DNA of 63,955 bases, the filler included, from Candidatus Coatesbacteria bacterium (GTDB lineage Bacteria > JAFGND01): NCBI GenBank assembly GCA_016927185.1. It is 5 parts of 5 records of this genome, joined end to end, with 100 filler letters (N's around TTAATTAATTAA, not from the genome) between each part and the next. Parts side by side here need not be neighbours in the genome. Positions count along the whole stretch, not along the records: positions 1 to 20,836 come from JAFGND010000080.1; 4 more parts are not named here. One strand, 5' to 3'. The notes beneath the pieces were generated by a model. That model saw only the letters and a program-made list of their open reading frames with translations. It was not told where the DNA came from and made no database searches. Position numbers and translations under genes: made by a program. Positions 1-10,376 of the stretch are shown here, piece after piece; position 1 is the first letter of the stretch; every line of letters begins with the position of its first letter.

Positions 1-30
1 CAAAATTATAATTAATAACAATCGTTTCAT
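1..30 (-). CDS. 5' end of a gene running off the window edge (MKRLLLIIIL..., signal-peptide-like)
   Basis: GGAGG RBS at 36-40 on the minus strand, ATG at 30, directly after the stop of the upstream PQQ-repeat gene. Confidence 0.6.
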   Translation of the reverse strand, partial: MKRLLLIIIL

Positions 31-40
31 TTTAACCTCC

Positions 41-1401
41 TTAATTTACCTTCACAACTCTCTTGCATTCCTTTCCTGACTTAACTATATATATTCCTTC
101 TCTCCAGCTGCTAGTATCAAGAGAATGTTTGCCTTTATCGAGGTTCATAATCAGCTGACCAGTAATAAAATAGATTGCTCCTGAGGAAGGAAGGGAGAGT
201 GACAAGCGAGAGGAGAAGGGGTTGGGGGAAACTGAGAGAGACCTGGAGGGTAAACTGGAAGAGGAATTGTTATTACTGAAACCAGATGGATCTTTATAGC
301 AATTTACACCATAATAGAAAATATTAGAAAATGTTTTAACTAATCTTCCATACTTATCCATAATCAGATTTTCATCATAATCTCCTCCGTAATTCCATAC
401 AACATTACCTTCTTTATCCAGGCAGACATCCATTTCATATATCCTGTCTTCCTTGTCTATTATTATTGGATAATGATTCGTATATTTCTGTCCACCATCC
501 CACTGGAACTTTATACTTCCATCTAGCTTGAAACAGTAAATATAATTACCATTTCTAAATACAATATTTCCTTCTGATGTTATTGATGGAGTACCTTCAG
601 CATAATATTCTATTTTGTCAAACCCATATCTCCATTTTTCAGTTCCATCTTTTCTTATGCAAAGCAGATTCTTGTCACAGACATAATAAATAGTGCTGTC
701 ACCGATACTTATACTTTGTGTTCCAGTAAGTGTTCCTAAATTGAATGTCCATTTTAACTCTCCAAGAGAATCGATACAATTAAGAACGCTTTTTTCATCT
801 ATGATATAACATGTTTCATCTATATCAATTGCTGGAGTTTTTTCATAGTGAATTCTGTAATCTTTTTCCCATATTGTTGTTCCATCAGGACTTATTTTAT
901 ACAACCAACCGCTATTAGCATAAATATTACCTTTTTCTGAAAGTACTAACTGATGAGCATATCCTGTGCCAGTTTTTGTCCATATCAAGTCTCCATCTGT
1001 TGTGTAAGCTTCTAAAGTTGTAAGTGCTTGGAAATAAAGCTGCTTTCTTGTATCGTCCAGAATCGTATAATTTGGATTTCCACTTGGTCTGAATTTCTTT
1101 TCCCATCTTGGATTTCCATTCATATCTAAAGAATGAAAATGCGTATCTGCATTCCCTTCTTCATCTATAGCTGCAAAATAGAAATTCCCATCACTATCTG
1201 TGACAATTCCTTTATTCTCCATGGATAATTACCTGTTGTATCTCTCCTGAATTCCCACCCTAGAGTAGGTTTCTTCAACAATCCATTTACATCAATATTT
1301 GAAGTATGTCTTGAATCAGCTCCGTATTGTGGCCAGCAAAGCTGGTCTGATGATAATGCTATAAATGAAAGTAAGACCACCAATATTATTAAAGATTTCA
1401 T
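41..1401 (-). pseudogene. Frameshifted PQQ-like beta-propeller protein with T9SS-like C-terminal sorting domain
   Basis: Signal peptide and WPQYGAD..HT N-terminus are in ORF 1165-1401. The propeller repeats (DG..KW) and C-terminal SPNPF...GIYIVK...KRVVKVN are in the overlapping frame 41-1222. The frames join near 1200-1240. Confidence 0.7.
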
Positions 1402-1944
1402 ATCAACCTTCTTTCTTCTTGCAAATCTTTGTGAAACAATCATTCATGCACATTTTTATATATTTGCAATATTCTTCTTTCAGTTGATAATTCATTTAAA
1501 AAAAGTCAAGGGTTTTATCTTCTAAAATATGCAAATATATAAATATAGTTTCAAGCAATTATAAACATTCTCAGTAAAGCGCAAAAGAAGATTTCAGAAG
1601 GCTTTGGAATTTGCTAACTATATAATATAGAATCATAATTATATATAATTCACTGATTTTAAAGTAATATTCAACGTGTATTATCTGCATATATAGAAAT
1701 ACTTTTCAGAGCAACTTCCTGCACTCTACAAGCAGTTTCTATCATAAAATTATTTTTTTTATTTTTTCATTTCAGAGTTTTCTATTATAAAATAAAAATA
1801 AAAATATTTTTAAACATGCTTCAAATCCGCTATAGCAAAACATATTCAATACATCGTGAAAATACTTAATAATTAAATCATTAAAAAAAACAATAAACAA
1901 TTCAGAAACAAATATTTTTAATACTTTGCTTTAAGTAATTTTTA

Positions 1945-2143
1945 TAAATCATTGATATGCAATTATTTACAAAATACATAATTTGCCTCAAAACATCATT
2001 TTTCGTCAGCAATTTTAGTTCATGACTAGCGTTAACATTTTTTTTTAGGATATGAAATCGGAAAGTGTTTATTCATCATATTTTATTTTATAAACTATTA
2101 CTATCAGATACAACATGTTAAGTGATTATATATCAATCAATTA
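1945..2143. promoter_or_regulatory. IHF-consensus boxes upstream of the HU/IHF gene
   Basis: TAAATCATTGATA at 1945-1957 (reverse) and TATCAATCAATTA at 2131-2143 match WATCAANNNNTTR. TTGACA at 2209. Confidence 0.4.
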
Positions 2144-2276
2144 AATATTTTATAGTATAAACTATTTTTTTATAACCCATTAAATTGCAAAGAAAAATAA
2201 TTTTTCTATTGACATAAATATTTTTATTTTTCTTAATGACTGCATCGTTAACATTTTAATTCCGGGAGGAATAGCA

Positions 2277-2579
2277 ATGGCAAAAGAAAAAGAACAGGCC
2301 AGAATGAGCAAAAATGAAATCGTCAAGAAAATTGCCGAAAAAGCTGGCATCAATCAAAAAGAAGCTGGAGCAGCATTGAAAGCATTGATCGAAGCAATCC
2401 AGGATGCATTAGTCCATGACAAGAAAGTAACCTTCATTGGATTTGGTACTTTCATGGTTGCAAAGAGAAATGCAAGAACTGGTATCAACCCACGCACCAA
2501 GAAGAAGATGAAGATCAAGGCAAAGAAAGTTGCAAAATTCAAGCCTGGAAAAGGTTTAAAGCAGCTTATTGAAAAATAA
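2277..2579 (+). CDS. hup: HU/IHF family DNA-binding protein
   Basis: GFGTF..KRNARTGINPRT...KFKPGK signature; GGAGGA RBS. Confidence 0.93.
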   Translation: MAKEKEQARMSKNEIVKKIAEKAGINQKEAGAALKALIEAIQDALVHDKKVTFIGFGTFMVAKRNARTGINPRTKKKMKIKAKKVAKFKPGKGLKQLIEK

Positions 2580-2604
2580 TGCTTCTCTTTTTGATGAAAC
2601 AAAG

Positions 2605-2640
2605 AGAGGGGAGATGAGTCTCCCCTTTTCTTTTTTTCTT
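2605..2640 (+). terminator. Intrinsic terminator after hup
   Basis: AGGGGAGA-tgag-TCTCCCCT hairpin followed by a T-tract. Confidence 0.8.
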
Positions 2641-2675
2641 GAACAATCATGAACTTTTTTCAAGCATGCCCGTAA

Positions 2676-3599
2676 ATGAAAAGAAAGCATCTCGAAATTT
2701 TCTTCAGGACTTCCCTCAGTATTGTCTTTCTGCTTCTCATCTTATATAAGGTTGGGGATATCAGGAAAGCATTGGAGATTGCCTGCAACATTCCATTATG
2801 GACACTTGCAGCAGCGGTATTCCTTTATTTCTTTTCATATATCATATCAAGCTATCGCTGGCAGATACTTTTTGACAGGGAAAACAAGCCAGCCCTTGCA
2901 TTTCTCTTGAGGAAAAACCTCATAGCACTTTTTTTCAACAATATACTTCCTACTGCAATTGGGGGAGATGTTTACAGGGGCTTGAGCATAAAAAGGTATG
3001 GTTTTTCTACTGTCTTCATGGAAAGGCTTGTGGGTTTTTCTGCAGTGGCATTGCTTTCCGTTGCAGGATTATATTACATAAAAGAAAATGCCTTGTTGAA
3101 AAAAATGAGTATATTGCTTATAATATTTGCAATATTGATAATGATGTTTTATCTTATAATCTTCATACCAAAATTTGCTCTTATGTTCATAAGATTTTTC
3201 AGAAAAATAAAAATTTTCAATATTGGAAAAGAACTTTCCAGATTCTGGGTTCATCTTTCCAGATTCAGGAAAAGAAAGATAGACCTTCTGAAAGTATTCA
3301 TTATCTCTATATTGTACCAGCTGGTTGTAGTAATAATCAACTTGATCCTTGGATATGCCTTGGGGATTGAAATCCCGTTTCTTGTTTACTGCACTGGAGT
3401 GAGTCTTGTTGCAATAGTGACTTCACTTCCATCAATTGGGGGAATCGGTTTCAGGGAAGGCGGTTATTACATACTTGTTACAATGATTTCCGGGAAAACT
3501 TCTGAGGAAGCATTCGCATTCAGCACTGTTATTTTCGCTCTCACTTTGTTTGGTGGATTGACAGGAAGCATCCTTTATCTTACTGAAAGAAAGAAATGA
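2676..3599 (+). CDS. Lysylphosphatidylglycerol synthase TM / flippase-like (UPF0104) membrane protein
   Basis: RW..L, FFNNILPTAIGGDVYR, ERL.G and LPSIGGIGFRE motifs; multiple TM helices. Confidence 0.85.
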   Translation: MKRKHLEIFFRTSLSIVFLLLILYKVGDIRKALEIACNIPLWTLAAAVFLYFFSYIISSYRWQILFDRENKPALAFLLRKNLIALFFNNILPTAIGGDVYRGLSIKRYGFSTVFMERLVGFSAVALLSVAGLYYIKENALLKKMSILLIIFAILIMMFYLIIFIPKFALMFIRFFRKIKIFNIGKELSRFWVHLSRFRKRKIDLLKVFIISILYQLVVVIINLILGYALGIEIPFLVYCTGVSLVAIVTSLPSIGGIGFREGGYYILVTMISGKTSEEAFAFSTVIFALTLFGGLTGSILYLTERKK

Positions 3600-4243
3600 A
3601 AAAAATCGCATTTTTTCTGCTGGCACTTCTGACATTTCTTAACGCTGATTCTGCATTGAAATTAGTCAGATTGAGATATGACGGGGGCGGAGACTGGTAC
3701 AACGATCCTGAAGCACTCATAAATCTTGCAAGGGAGATAAAAAAGAGGACAAATATAAGGATAGATCTGACAACTGATGTAGTAGATTTCAAGTCTAATG
3801 CAATAATGAACTATCCTTTCGTATTCATTACTGGTCATGGAGGGATAACTTTCAATCCTTCTGAAGTGGCAAGGGTAAGGGAATATGTCAAAAGAGGTGG
3901 ATTCATATATGTAGATGATGATTATGGAATGGATAAAAGCCTCAGGGAGCTTATAAAAAAAATATTCCCCAATGATGAGCTTCAGGAGATTCCAGCTTCA
4001 CATCCAATCTTCAATTGCTTCTATAAATTCCCCAATGGTCTTCCAAAGATACATAAGCATGATGACAAGAAACCTCAGGCATTCGGTATCTTCCAGAAAA
4101 AAAGGCTGGTTCTGTTCTATACATTGGAAAGCAATATTTCAGATGGATGGGCTGACCCCCAAACTCATAATGATCCTCCAGATATAAGAGAAACTGCATT
4201 CAGGATGGGTATTAATATAATCTATTACATGTTAACTGAATAG
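3596..4243 (+). CDS. DUF4159 domain-containing exported protein
   Basis: YDGGGDWY, PF..TGHG, GGFIYVDD.YG and D.W motifs; signal peptide. Confidence 0.85.
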   Translation: MKKIAFFLLALLTFLNADSALKLVRLRYDGGGDWYNDPEALINLAREIKKRTNIRIDLTTDVVDFKSNAIMNYPFVFITGHGGITFNPSEVARVREYVKRGGFIYVDDDYGMDKSLRELIKKIFPNDELQEIPASHPIFNCFYKFPNGLPKIHKHDDKKPQAFGIFQKKRLVLFYTLESNISDGWADPQTHNDPPDIRETAFRMGINIIYYMLTE

Positions 4244-5122
4244 ATCCTTGCCAGGAAATTTTTCTATTTCGAAATTTCCTGCAATCTCACAGACACCTTT
4301 CAAGTAATGATCGTTAATAGCTTTTGACGGAGCATAAATTACTGAATGCCTTAGAAGGCAAGTCCAGTCAAATCTCTCTTCAGAACTGCCGGATGAAAGG
4401 CAATAGATCTTTTTCAGGGGGGCAGAAGTATTGCTGGAAATTCCTCCAGTTCCGCAGAAAGGAGTCCCGGTAAGTATATATTTCTCTCCGTCATGATATA
4501 CTAAAGAAAGATCGTCGCTTCCAACAATAATATCCTTTCTTTCATCCGCTGTTTTCAGGGAAAGCTCCGATTTGCCATGCTTTTCCCTTCCAAGAACAAG
4601 TATGCCAGAATTATCCTTGAAAAAACTTGCCCCATGAAGAAGATACGCGCTTTTGTCGCGAACAAGGGTGGAAAAATATATTCTAAGGAATGCATTCAAT
4701 GGATAAGCTTTTCTCAATGATATAACTTTGTCATTCTCAACAGCTGTAAGTTTTGGATAAGCCATCAGGCTGTATTTTTCACTCTGGATTATTATTCCTA
4801 TGCAATCCCATCTTATGAAATAATGAGCATTGCCATGTATGAAATGCTCGAAACCTTCCCTGCCATCTATCTTTACTATTATATTTACTGAAGGTAGAAG
4901 ATGCGAATATTCTTTTATTACTCTTTTATCTTCAGTAAGGAAATCGCTGAATTTATCTCTCATGTGTTCAAAAATATCAATATTTCCTGTAAACAAGTCA
5001 AATGTAATATTGCCAATTTTCATTGGCTGAGCGTATTTTTCATTAAGATTCACCAATGATCTGAGCAGTTCATTTATCTTTATTACATTCCTGTAGAAAG
5101 ATTCCTTTGTAAGTTCAATCAT
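4232..5122 (-). CDS. HPr-kinase-related P-loop protein
   Basis: LLHGA...GILVLGREKHGKS...GSDD...GTPF pattern. Start chosen at ATG 5122; the ORF is open to 5209. Confidence 0.6.
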   Translation of the reverse strand: MIELTKESFYRNVIKINELLRSLVNLNEKYAQPMKIGNITFDLFTGNIDIFEHMRDKFSDFLTEDKRVIKEYSHLLPSVNIIVKIDGREGFEHFIHGNAHYFIRWDCIGIIIQSEKYSLMAYPKLTAVENDKVISLRKAYPLNAFLRIYFSTLVRDKSAYLLHGASFFKDNSGILVLGREKHGKSELSLKTADERKDIIVGSDDLSLVYHDGEKYILTGTPFCGTGGISSNTSAPLKKIYCLSSGSSEERFDWTCLLRHSVIYAPSKAINDHYLKGVCEIAGNFEIEKFPGKDLFS

Positions 5123-5370
5123 GATTTTGTTCGGTTCTTCCAATTGAATAAATATGTCAATACAAGAATAGAAATTCAATAATTGCTTAAAGACAAAAGA
5201 AGAAATCAAGGGCAGGAGAATGAAATAATACCTGAATGGTTTAAATCGTTATTATACAAGGATTTCAAGTTTTCAAACAGAATTTTCAAATTTTGCTTGA
5301 CATACTTGTCAAATATCAGGCAAGGACTTGTCTTATTAAAAAGTCAGTATTAAAAGAGAGTGGACAATTT

Positions 5371-5865
5371 GTGAATAATACTGAGCTCAAAAAAAAGATA
5401 ATAGGCAGAGAGCATTTAATATCACTTTCTTCCAGATGGCATGATAAAGGTAAAAAAATTGTTCTCGCAAATGGTCTTTTCGATATCCTTCATGTTGGAC
5501 ATATAAGGTATCTCAGAGAAGCAAGGAATTATGGTGATATCCTTCTTGTAGCAATAAACAGCGACAAATCTGTAAGAGCGCTCAGGGGTGAAAAAAAACC
5601 GATAATCAATGAACAGGACAGAGCCTATCTTGTTTCCGGGCTTGAAATGGTTGATTATGTAACTATTTTTGATGAAACATCCGTGGAAAATATATTAAGA
5701 ATTGTAAAACCACATGTTCATGCAAAAGGGACTGATTATACAAAAGATAATGTACCTGAGAAGGAACTGGCAAAAGAGCTTGGCATTGAGATAATAATAG
5801 CAGGTGATGAGAAAAATCATGCAACAACAGATATAATAGAATATATTGTAAGGAATTTTTGTTAG
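5371..5865 (+). CDS. rfaE2: D-glycero-beta-D-manno-heptose 1-phosphate adenylyltransferase (RfaE domain II)
   Basis: NGLFDILHVGH (HxGH), NSDKSVR.L.G, KG.DY; likely GTG start at 5371. Confidence 0.85.
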   Translation: MNNTELKKKIIGREHLISLSSRWHDKGKKIVLANGLFDILHVGHIRYLREARNYGDILLVAINSDKSVRALRGEKKPIINEQDRAYLVSGLEMVDYVTIFDETSVENILRIVKPHVHAKGTDYTKDNVPEKELAKELGIEIIIAGDEKNHATTDIIEYIVRNFC

Positions 5866-5875
5866 GCAAGGGCAG

Positions 5876-6370
5876 ATGAAAATAGGAATTTTATCAGACA
5901 GTCATGATAATCTGCAGAAAGTGAAAGCTGCTTCTGAAATATTCAGGAAAAGTAATGCAGGATTGATAATTCATGCTGGTGATATTGTAGCTCCTTTCAC
6001 CTTGAAACCTCTTCTTGAGCTCAATGTGCCTGTTTATGCAGTAAGGGGAAACAATGATGGTGAAGTTATTCTCTTGAATAACCTTATTGCAAGAACAAAC
6101 GGGCGATTTCTTAGAAGCAGTTGTTTCGTGAAATGGAATGATATTAGAATAGCTATTTTTCATGAACAGGATATTGCTCTTGAGCTTAAGGATTGCCCTA
6201 ATTTTGATTTAGTGGTTTTCGGTCACACACATGAGATATTCATTAGCAAAGGAAAACCCTTGATCCTCAATCCCGGTGAATCTTGCGGAATTCTTTCAGG
6301 CAGGTCAACAGCAGCGATTGTTTCGGTCGATAATAATAATGTAATGGATGCAGAAATATTGGATTTGTAA
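5876..6370 (+). CDS. YfcE/MJ0936 family metallophosphoesterase
   Basis: SDSH, HAGD, GNND, GHTH and NPGE motifs. Confidence 0.9.
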   Translation: MKIGILSDSHDNLQKVKAASEIFRKSNAGLIIHAGDIVAPFTLKPLLELNVPVYAVRGNNDGEVILLNNLIARTNGRFLRSSCFVKWNDIRIAIFHEQDIALELKDCPNFDLVVFGHTHEIFISKGKPLILNPGESCGILSGRSTAAIVSVDNNNVMDAEILDL

Positions 6371-7404
6371 TGAGGGACATTTTTCTTGGTATAGATACTT
6401 CATGTGATGATACATCGATAGCTTTATATTTCAGTGGATCAGGTAAATTCATTGAGGAAAGAAAAACCCAGGATGTACATGAGAAATTCAAAGGGGTTGT
6501 TCCAGAGCTTGCATCAAGAGATCATCTTGAAACCCTGCCAGTATTGCTTGACAGCTTGCTTGAAAAAGCACAGATAGAGCCATTTGAACTGGCAGGAATT
6601 GGAGTAACATACAAACCGGGTCTTATTGGAAGTATTCTTGTGGGTCTGTCTTTCGCAAAAGCTTATGCATATTCACTTTCAAAACCTTTTATCGGGATAG
6701 ACCATATAGAAGGACATCTTTTTTCAGCTTTCCTTAATAATACAAAACCTGAATATCCATTTCTTGGTGTAGTACTTTCTGGGGGACATTCAGAGATATT
6801 TCTTGTCAAGAATTTCGGGGATTACGAGCTTATTTCAACCACTGTGGATGATGCAGCAGGTGAGGTTCTGGACAAGATGGCAAGATACATGGATATTGGT
6901 TTCCCTGGAGGTCCTGCTATTGAGAAAATCGCTATCAATGGAGACAGGAAAAGGTTTTCTTTTCCATTGCCAATAGTAAAACAGAATGATAATTATTTTT
7001 CCTTCAGTGGAATAAAAACTGCTGCACTTGCTTATTTTCAGAAGGAAGACAATCCTGATGATAAATTCAAATCGGATCTTGCAGCAAGTTTTCAGGATGC
7101 AGTAATCAGGCAGGTGATAGACAGATTGAAAAAAGCCTTGAATTTGACTAAATGTCACAGAATTGTAATGGGAGGAGGTGTAACAGCTAATACAAAATTG
7201 AGGAATTCGATTATTGAGGAACTGGGAGATAATGCTGTAATTCTCATACCTGATATAGAGTATTGCACTGATAATGCTTCAATGATTGCCCAGCTTTCAG
7301 CATGGAAAATTATCTCAGGCAATACAGATGAATTGTCTATAGAAGCGCATTCAATATCAGATTTGGGAAATTACTACATAAAAAAGAACAAAATTGGATT
7401 TTAG
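6370..7404 (+). CDS. tsaD: tRNA N6-adenosine threonylcarbamoyltransferase
   Basis: GIDTSCDDT, GVVPELASRDH, HIEGH, SGGH, DDAAGE, FSFSG.KT, CTDNA.MIA. Confidence 0.96.
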   Translation: MRDIFLGIDTSCDDTSIALYFSGSGKFIEERKTQDVHEKFKGVVPELASRDHLETLPVLLDSLLEKAQIEPFELAGIGVTYKPGLIGSILVGLSFAKAYAYSLSKPFIGIDHIEGHLFSAFLNNTKPEYPFLGVVLSGGHSEIFLVKNFGDYELISTTVDDAAGEVLDKMARYMDIGFPGGPAIEKIAINGDRKRFSFPLPIVKQNDNYFSFSGIKTAALAYFQKEDNPDDKFKSDLAASFQDAVIRQVIDRLKKALNLTKCHRIVMGGGVTANTKLRNSIIEELGDNAVILIPDIEYCTDNASMIAQLSAWKIISGNTDELSIEAHSISDLGNYYIKKNKIGF

Positions 7405-7678
7405 CAGGAAAATGTTTTTTTGGGGGAAAAAAGAATTTATTCCTTATAATTCAATGACTGATAATTGGTTATATGAGAATGCTAAAGTTAGATAATAAAG
7501 AAGGTTCTGTAAGTTGTTGAAAAAAAATATTTTTACAGATTTACTGATAAATTCTAACTTTTATAGGTATTTACCTTGGAATCTTGACTGAGCTTTAATA
7601 TTTTTAGCTTGACAAAGAATTCCTCATATTTAATCTTGAACCTAACATTGTTATCTTATTAGAGGCAAGGAGAGGGGC

Positions 7679-8719
7679 ATGTTTTTTAAATCAAAGAAAC
7701 AACAGGTGATTGGCCTTGATATCGGAAGTGGATTAATCAAGGTTGTTGTATTGGAACATGCTAAGGACAGCATAAGTCTTGTTAACTATAAAATGATCTC
7801 ATTATTACCTGATGCAATAGTTGATGGGGAAATAATGGATAGACTCGCTGTTGTTGATACCATAAGGGATCTGATTCAGCAATCTAGCATCAAGACTAAA
7901 GATGTTGTCACAGCTGTAAGTGGTAGAGCGGTAATTATAAAACGCATCAAAGTTGACAAATGTACTCCTGAAGAACTGGCTGAATCAATAAGATTCGAGG
8001 CAGAGAGTTATGTCCCGTATCAAATTGATGAAGTCAATGTTGACTTCCAGATACTAGATGATACTGAAGAAGGGGCACAGATGGATGTCCTTCTGGTTGC
8101 TGCAAAAAAAGACCATGTAAACAATTATACTTCACTTATCAAGGAAGCAGGTCTTAATCCGAGAAGAGTGGATGTTGATTCATTTGCTATCCAGAATGCT
8201 TATGAACATAATTATTCAATAGATCTTGATAAGACTATTGCATTCCTTAATATAGGCTCGTCAGTAACCAATGTCAATATAATGCGCGGGGGCTTCCCTT
8301 ATTTCACTAGAGATGTTACATTCGCAGGTAATACAATAATAAGTGCTTTGCAAAAGAATATAGGTTTATCATATGATGATGCTTCTGCAATATTGAAAGG
8401 TGAAGAGAAACCAGGTATTGATAATGAAGCAGTGGAATCAGTTGTTTCAACAATAGCCAAGGACTTGGCTCTGGAAATAAACAGATCATTTGCTGCTCTA
8501 AAATCAGTGGGGGCAGACATAAGTAAAATTGATCTGTTGATTCTTAGCGGAGGATGTGCAAAATCACCAGGGCTTAAATCATATTTCGAGAACAATCTTA
8601 ATGTCCAGGTAGAAGTACTTAATCCTATAAAAAGAGTTAATATTTCCAGTAAACCTGATATTGCTGAAGATGCCCATATTTATACACTGGCTCTGGGTTT
8701 AGCTTTAGTTGCGCCATAA
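7679..8719 (+). CDS. pilM: Type IV pilus assembly protein PilM
   Basis: IGLDIGS..IK actin-like fold, VLLVAAKK, LSGG; first gene of the pilMNOPQ cluster. Confidence 0.93.
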   Translation: MFFKSKKQQVIGLDIGSGLIKVVVLEHAKDSISLVNYKMISLLPDAIVDGEIMDRLAVVDTIRDLIQQSSIKTKDVVTAVSGRAVIIKRIKVDKCTPEELAESIRFEAESYVPYQIDEVNVDFQILDDTEEGAQMDVLLVAAKKDHVNNYTSLIKEAGLNPRRVDVDSFAIQNAYEHNYSIDLDKTIAFLNIGSSVTNVNIMRGGFPYFTRDVTFAGNTIISALQKNIGLSYDDASAILKGEEKPGIDNEAVESVVSTIAKDLALEINRSFAALKSVGADISKIDLLILSGGCAKSPGLKSYFENNLNVQVEVLNPIKRVNISSKPDIAEDAHIYTLALGLALVAP

Positions 8720-8738
8720 GGGAAAGGTGTGATGGATT

Positions 8739-9359
8739 ATGATAAAGATTAACTTACTTAAAGAAGAAGCAGGAAAAGAGAAAGGGCAGAAAAAAGGTAT
8801 AACTTCTGCTCCAAAGAAAGGTGCTGAAGCCGCTCCAATAGGAGGACCTGCTCCAGCAGGAATGGGTATCTTGCCTGTAATAGTTATGCTTATTCTCCTG
8901 TTTATTTCAATACTGGGATGTCTTGGTATGTTTATGATGCAGACTTTGAAAATCAAGAATCTCAAGAAGACAGTGGTTTTGAAACAACAGGAATTTGAAG
9001 ATAAAAGCAAGAAACAGCAAGCATTGAAAGCTTTGAATGAACGAAAAGAGAGAATTAATCAACGCATAAATGCTATACAGCAGCTTAATCAGGACAGATA
9101 TCGTTCAGTTTCCATATTGCAGGAGATAAATACTTGCTTACCTCAGCAGATATGGCTTACTCAATTGAAGCAATCAGGAAAGAGTACTATTGAATTCAAG
9201 GGAGTATCCATAACTAATTTAACTATACCTGACTTCATGGCAAGACTTGAAACTTCACTCATGTTCAGTAATGTGCAGCTAATAGAATCAAAACGAACAG
9301 ATGTTGAAGGTAAAAGTGTAAGAGAATTTACTATTCAATCTACGGTTGATCAATTCTAG
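8739..9359 (+). CDS. pilN: Type IV pilus assembly protein PilN
   Basis: MIKINLL N-terminal motif, TM helix, coiled coil, LP..IWLT. Confidence 0.88.
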   Translation: MIKINLLKEEAGKEKGQKKGITSAPKKGAEAAPIGGPAPAGMGILPVIVMLILLFISILGCLGMFMMQTLKIKNLKKTVVLKQQEFEDKSKKQQALKALNERKERINQRINAIQQLNQDRYRSVSILQEINTCLPQQIWLTQLKQSGKSTIEFKGVSITNLTIPDFMARLETSLMFSNVQLIESKRTDVEGKSVREFTIQSTVDQF

Positions 9360-9370
9360 GGGGGATTGAA

Positions 9371-9823
9371 ATGAAAAAGCTACTTATAATAACCCTGATA
9401 ATGATATTCTTGATGCTTCTTTCCTGCGACAATCCTTTCGAGGATTCAAGATCAGGAAATTATGCCAAGATAATAGGAAGGGTTTTTGAGGATAGTCTGA
9501 ATACAATACCAGCCAGGAACGTTCAGATTACGATGACTGGTGATGTTTCTGGAGAAGCACCTTATCATGGCGGAGATATAACAGTTTTTTCCCAGAAAGA
9601 TGGAAGTTATGCTATAGAAGCTTTCCTTGGATCATATGTTGATACATTGGGAAGATTTCACACAGTTTATTATGCTGATGTTTTAGTAACTTTTAATAAA
9701 CAAAGAGCGGATTCAACCCAGATGGATTCCTGGGTATATAATTCATATTTTGGAGGCATTAGAATTTCTCCTAATAAGACAATATCTTTACATGATGTTA
9801 ATCTAGAGCAAATGACAAAATAA
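9371..9823 (+). CDS. Predicted lipoprotein (beta-sandwich, carboxypeptidase-regulatory-like)
   Basis: Lipobox LLSC, I.GRVF.D, DGSY; paralogue of the next gene. Confidence 0.7.
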   Translation: MKKLLIITLIMIFLMLLSCDNPFEDSRSGNYAKIIGRVFEDSLNTIPARNVQITMTGDVSGEAPYHGGDITVFSQKDGSYAIEAFLGSYVDTLGRFHTVYYADVLVTFNKQRADSTQMDSWVYNSYFGGIRISPNKTISLHDVNLEQMTK

Positions 9824-9839
9824 AGAAGGGCGGATAGAT

Positions 9840-10322
9840 ATGAAAAAGAATGGTGTTTGGATAATTTCTGCGCTTCTTCTTGCAATAGCAATAAGTATCT
9901 ATTTAGGAAGCTGTGAAAATCCATTAGAGCAAGATGATGACAATGATACAGCCATCATAACCGGTAGAGTTTTTACCGATGAGTTCATGGATACTCCTGT
10001 CGGCGTAAACCAAGTAAGAGCTCAGGTTACAGGAGATCCGACATCTGATGTTCCATATCAGGGAACACTTGTTTATGATTATACTGATGCAAATGGTGTT
10101 TATGAAATTCATATTCCACTTGGATCATATAATAATGCGACAAGTACTGGTACAGGTGAATACTATGAATATAAAGCCAGATATGTTGCAGGAGTAATTT
10201 TGACTTTGATTTATAGTAAATACAAATGGGAGAAATCCGGTATAACTGTATCCCGTGGTCGCAAATATTATATGTGGGACGTTTCTCTGGACAAATTCGC
10301 TAATACAAGTGGAGGAGAATAA
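9840..10322 (+). CDS. Predicted lipoprotein, paralogue of the upstream gene
   Basis: Lipobox LGSC, ITGRVFTD, TDANGVY. Confidence 0.7.
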   Translation: MKKNGVWIISALLLAIAISIYLGSCENPLEQDDDNDTAIITGRVFTDEFMDTPVGVNQVRAQVTGDPTSDVPYQGTLVYDYTDANGVYEIHIPLGSYNNATSTGTGEYYEYKARYVAGVILTLIYSKYKWEKSGITVSRGRKYYMWDVSLDKFANTSGGE

Positions 10323-10376
10323 AGAGAGGGTTTATGAAGATATATAATTCTATATGCAGGAAAGGAGGGGTTGAGC

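Noticed and set aside
1450-2270. Possible replication origin in the AT-rich intergenic region or near rpmH
   Set aside because: No TTATCCACA-type DnaA box cluster seen and no dnaA or dnaN nearby
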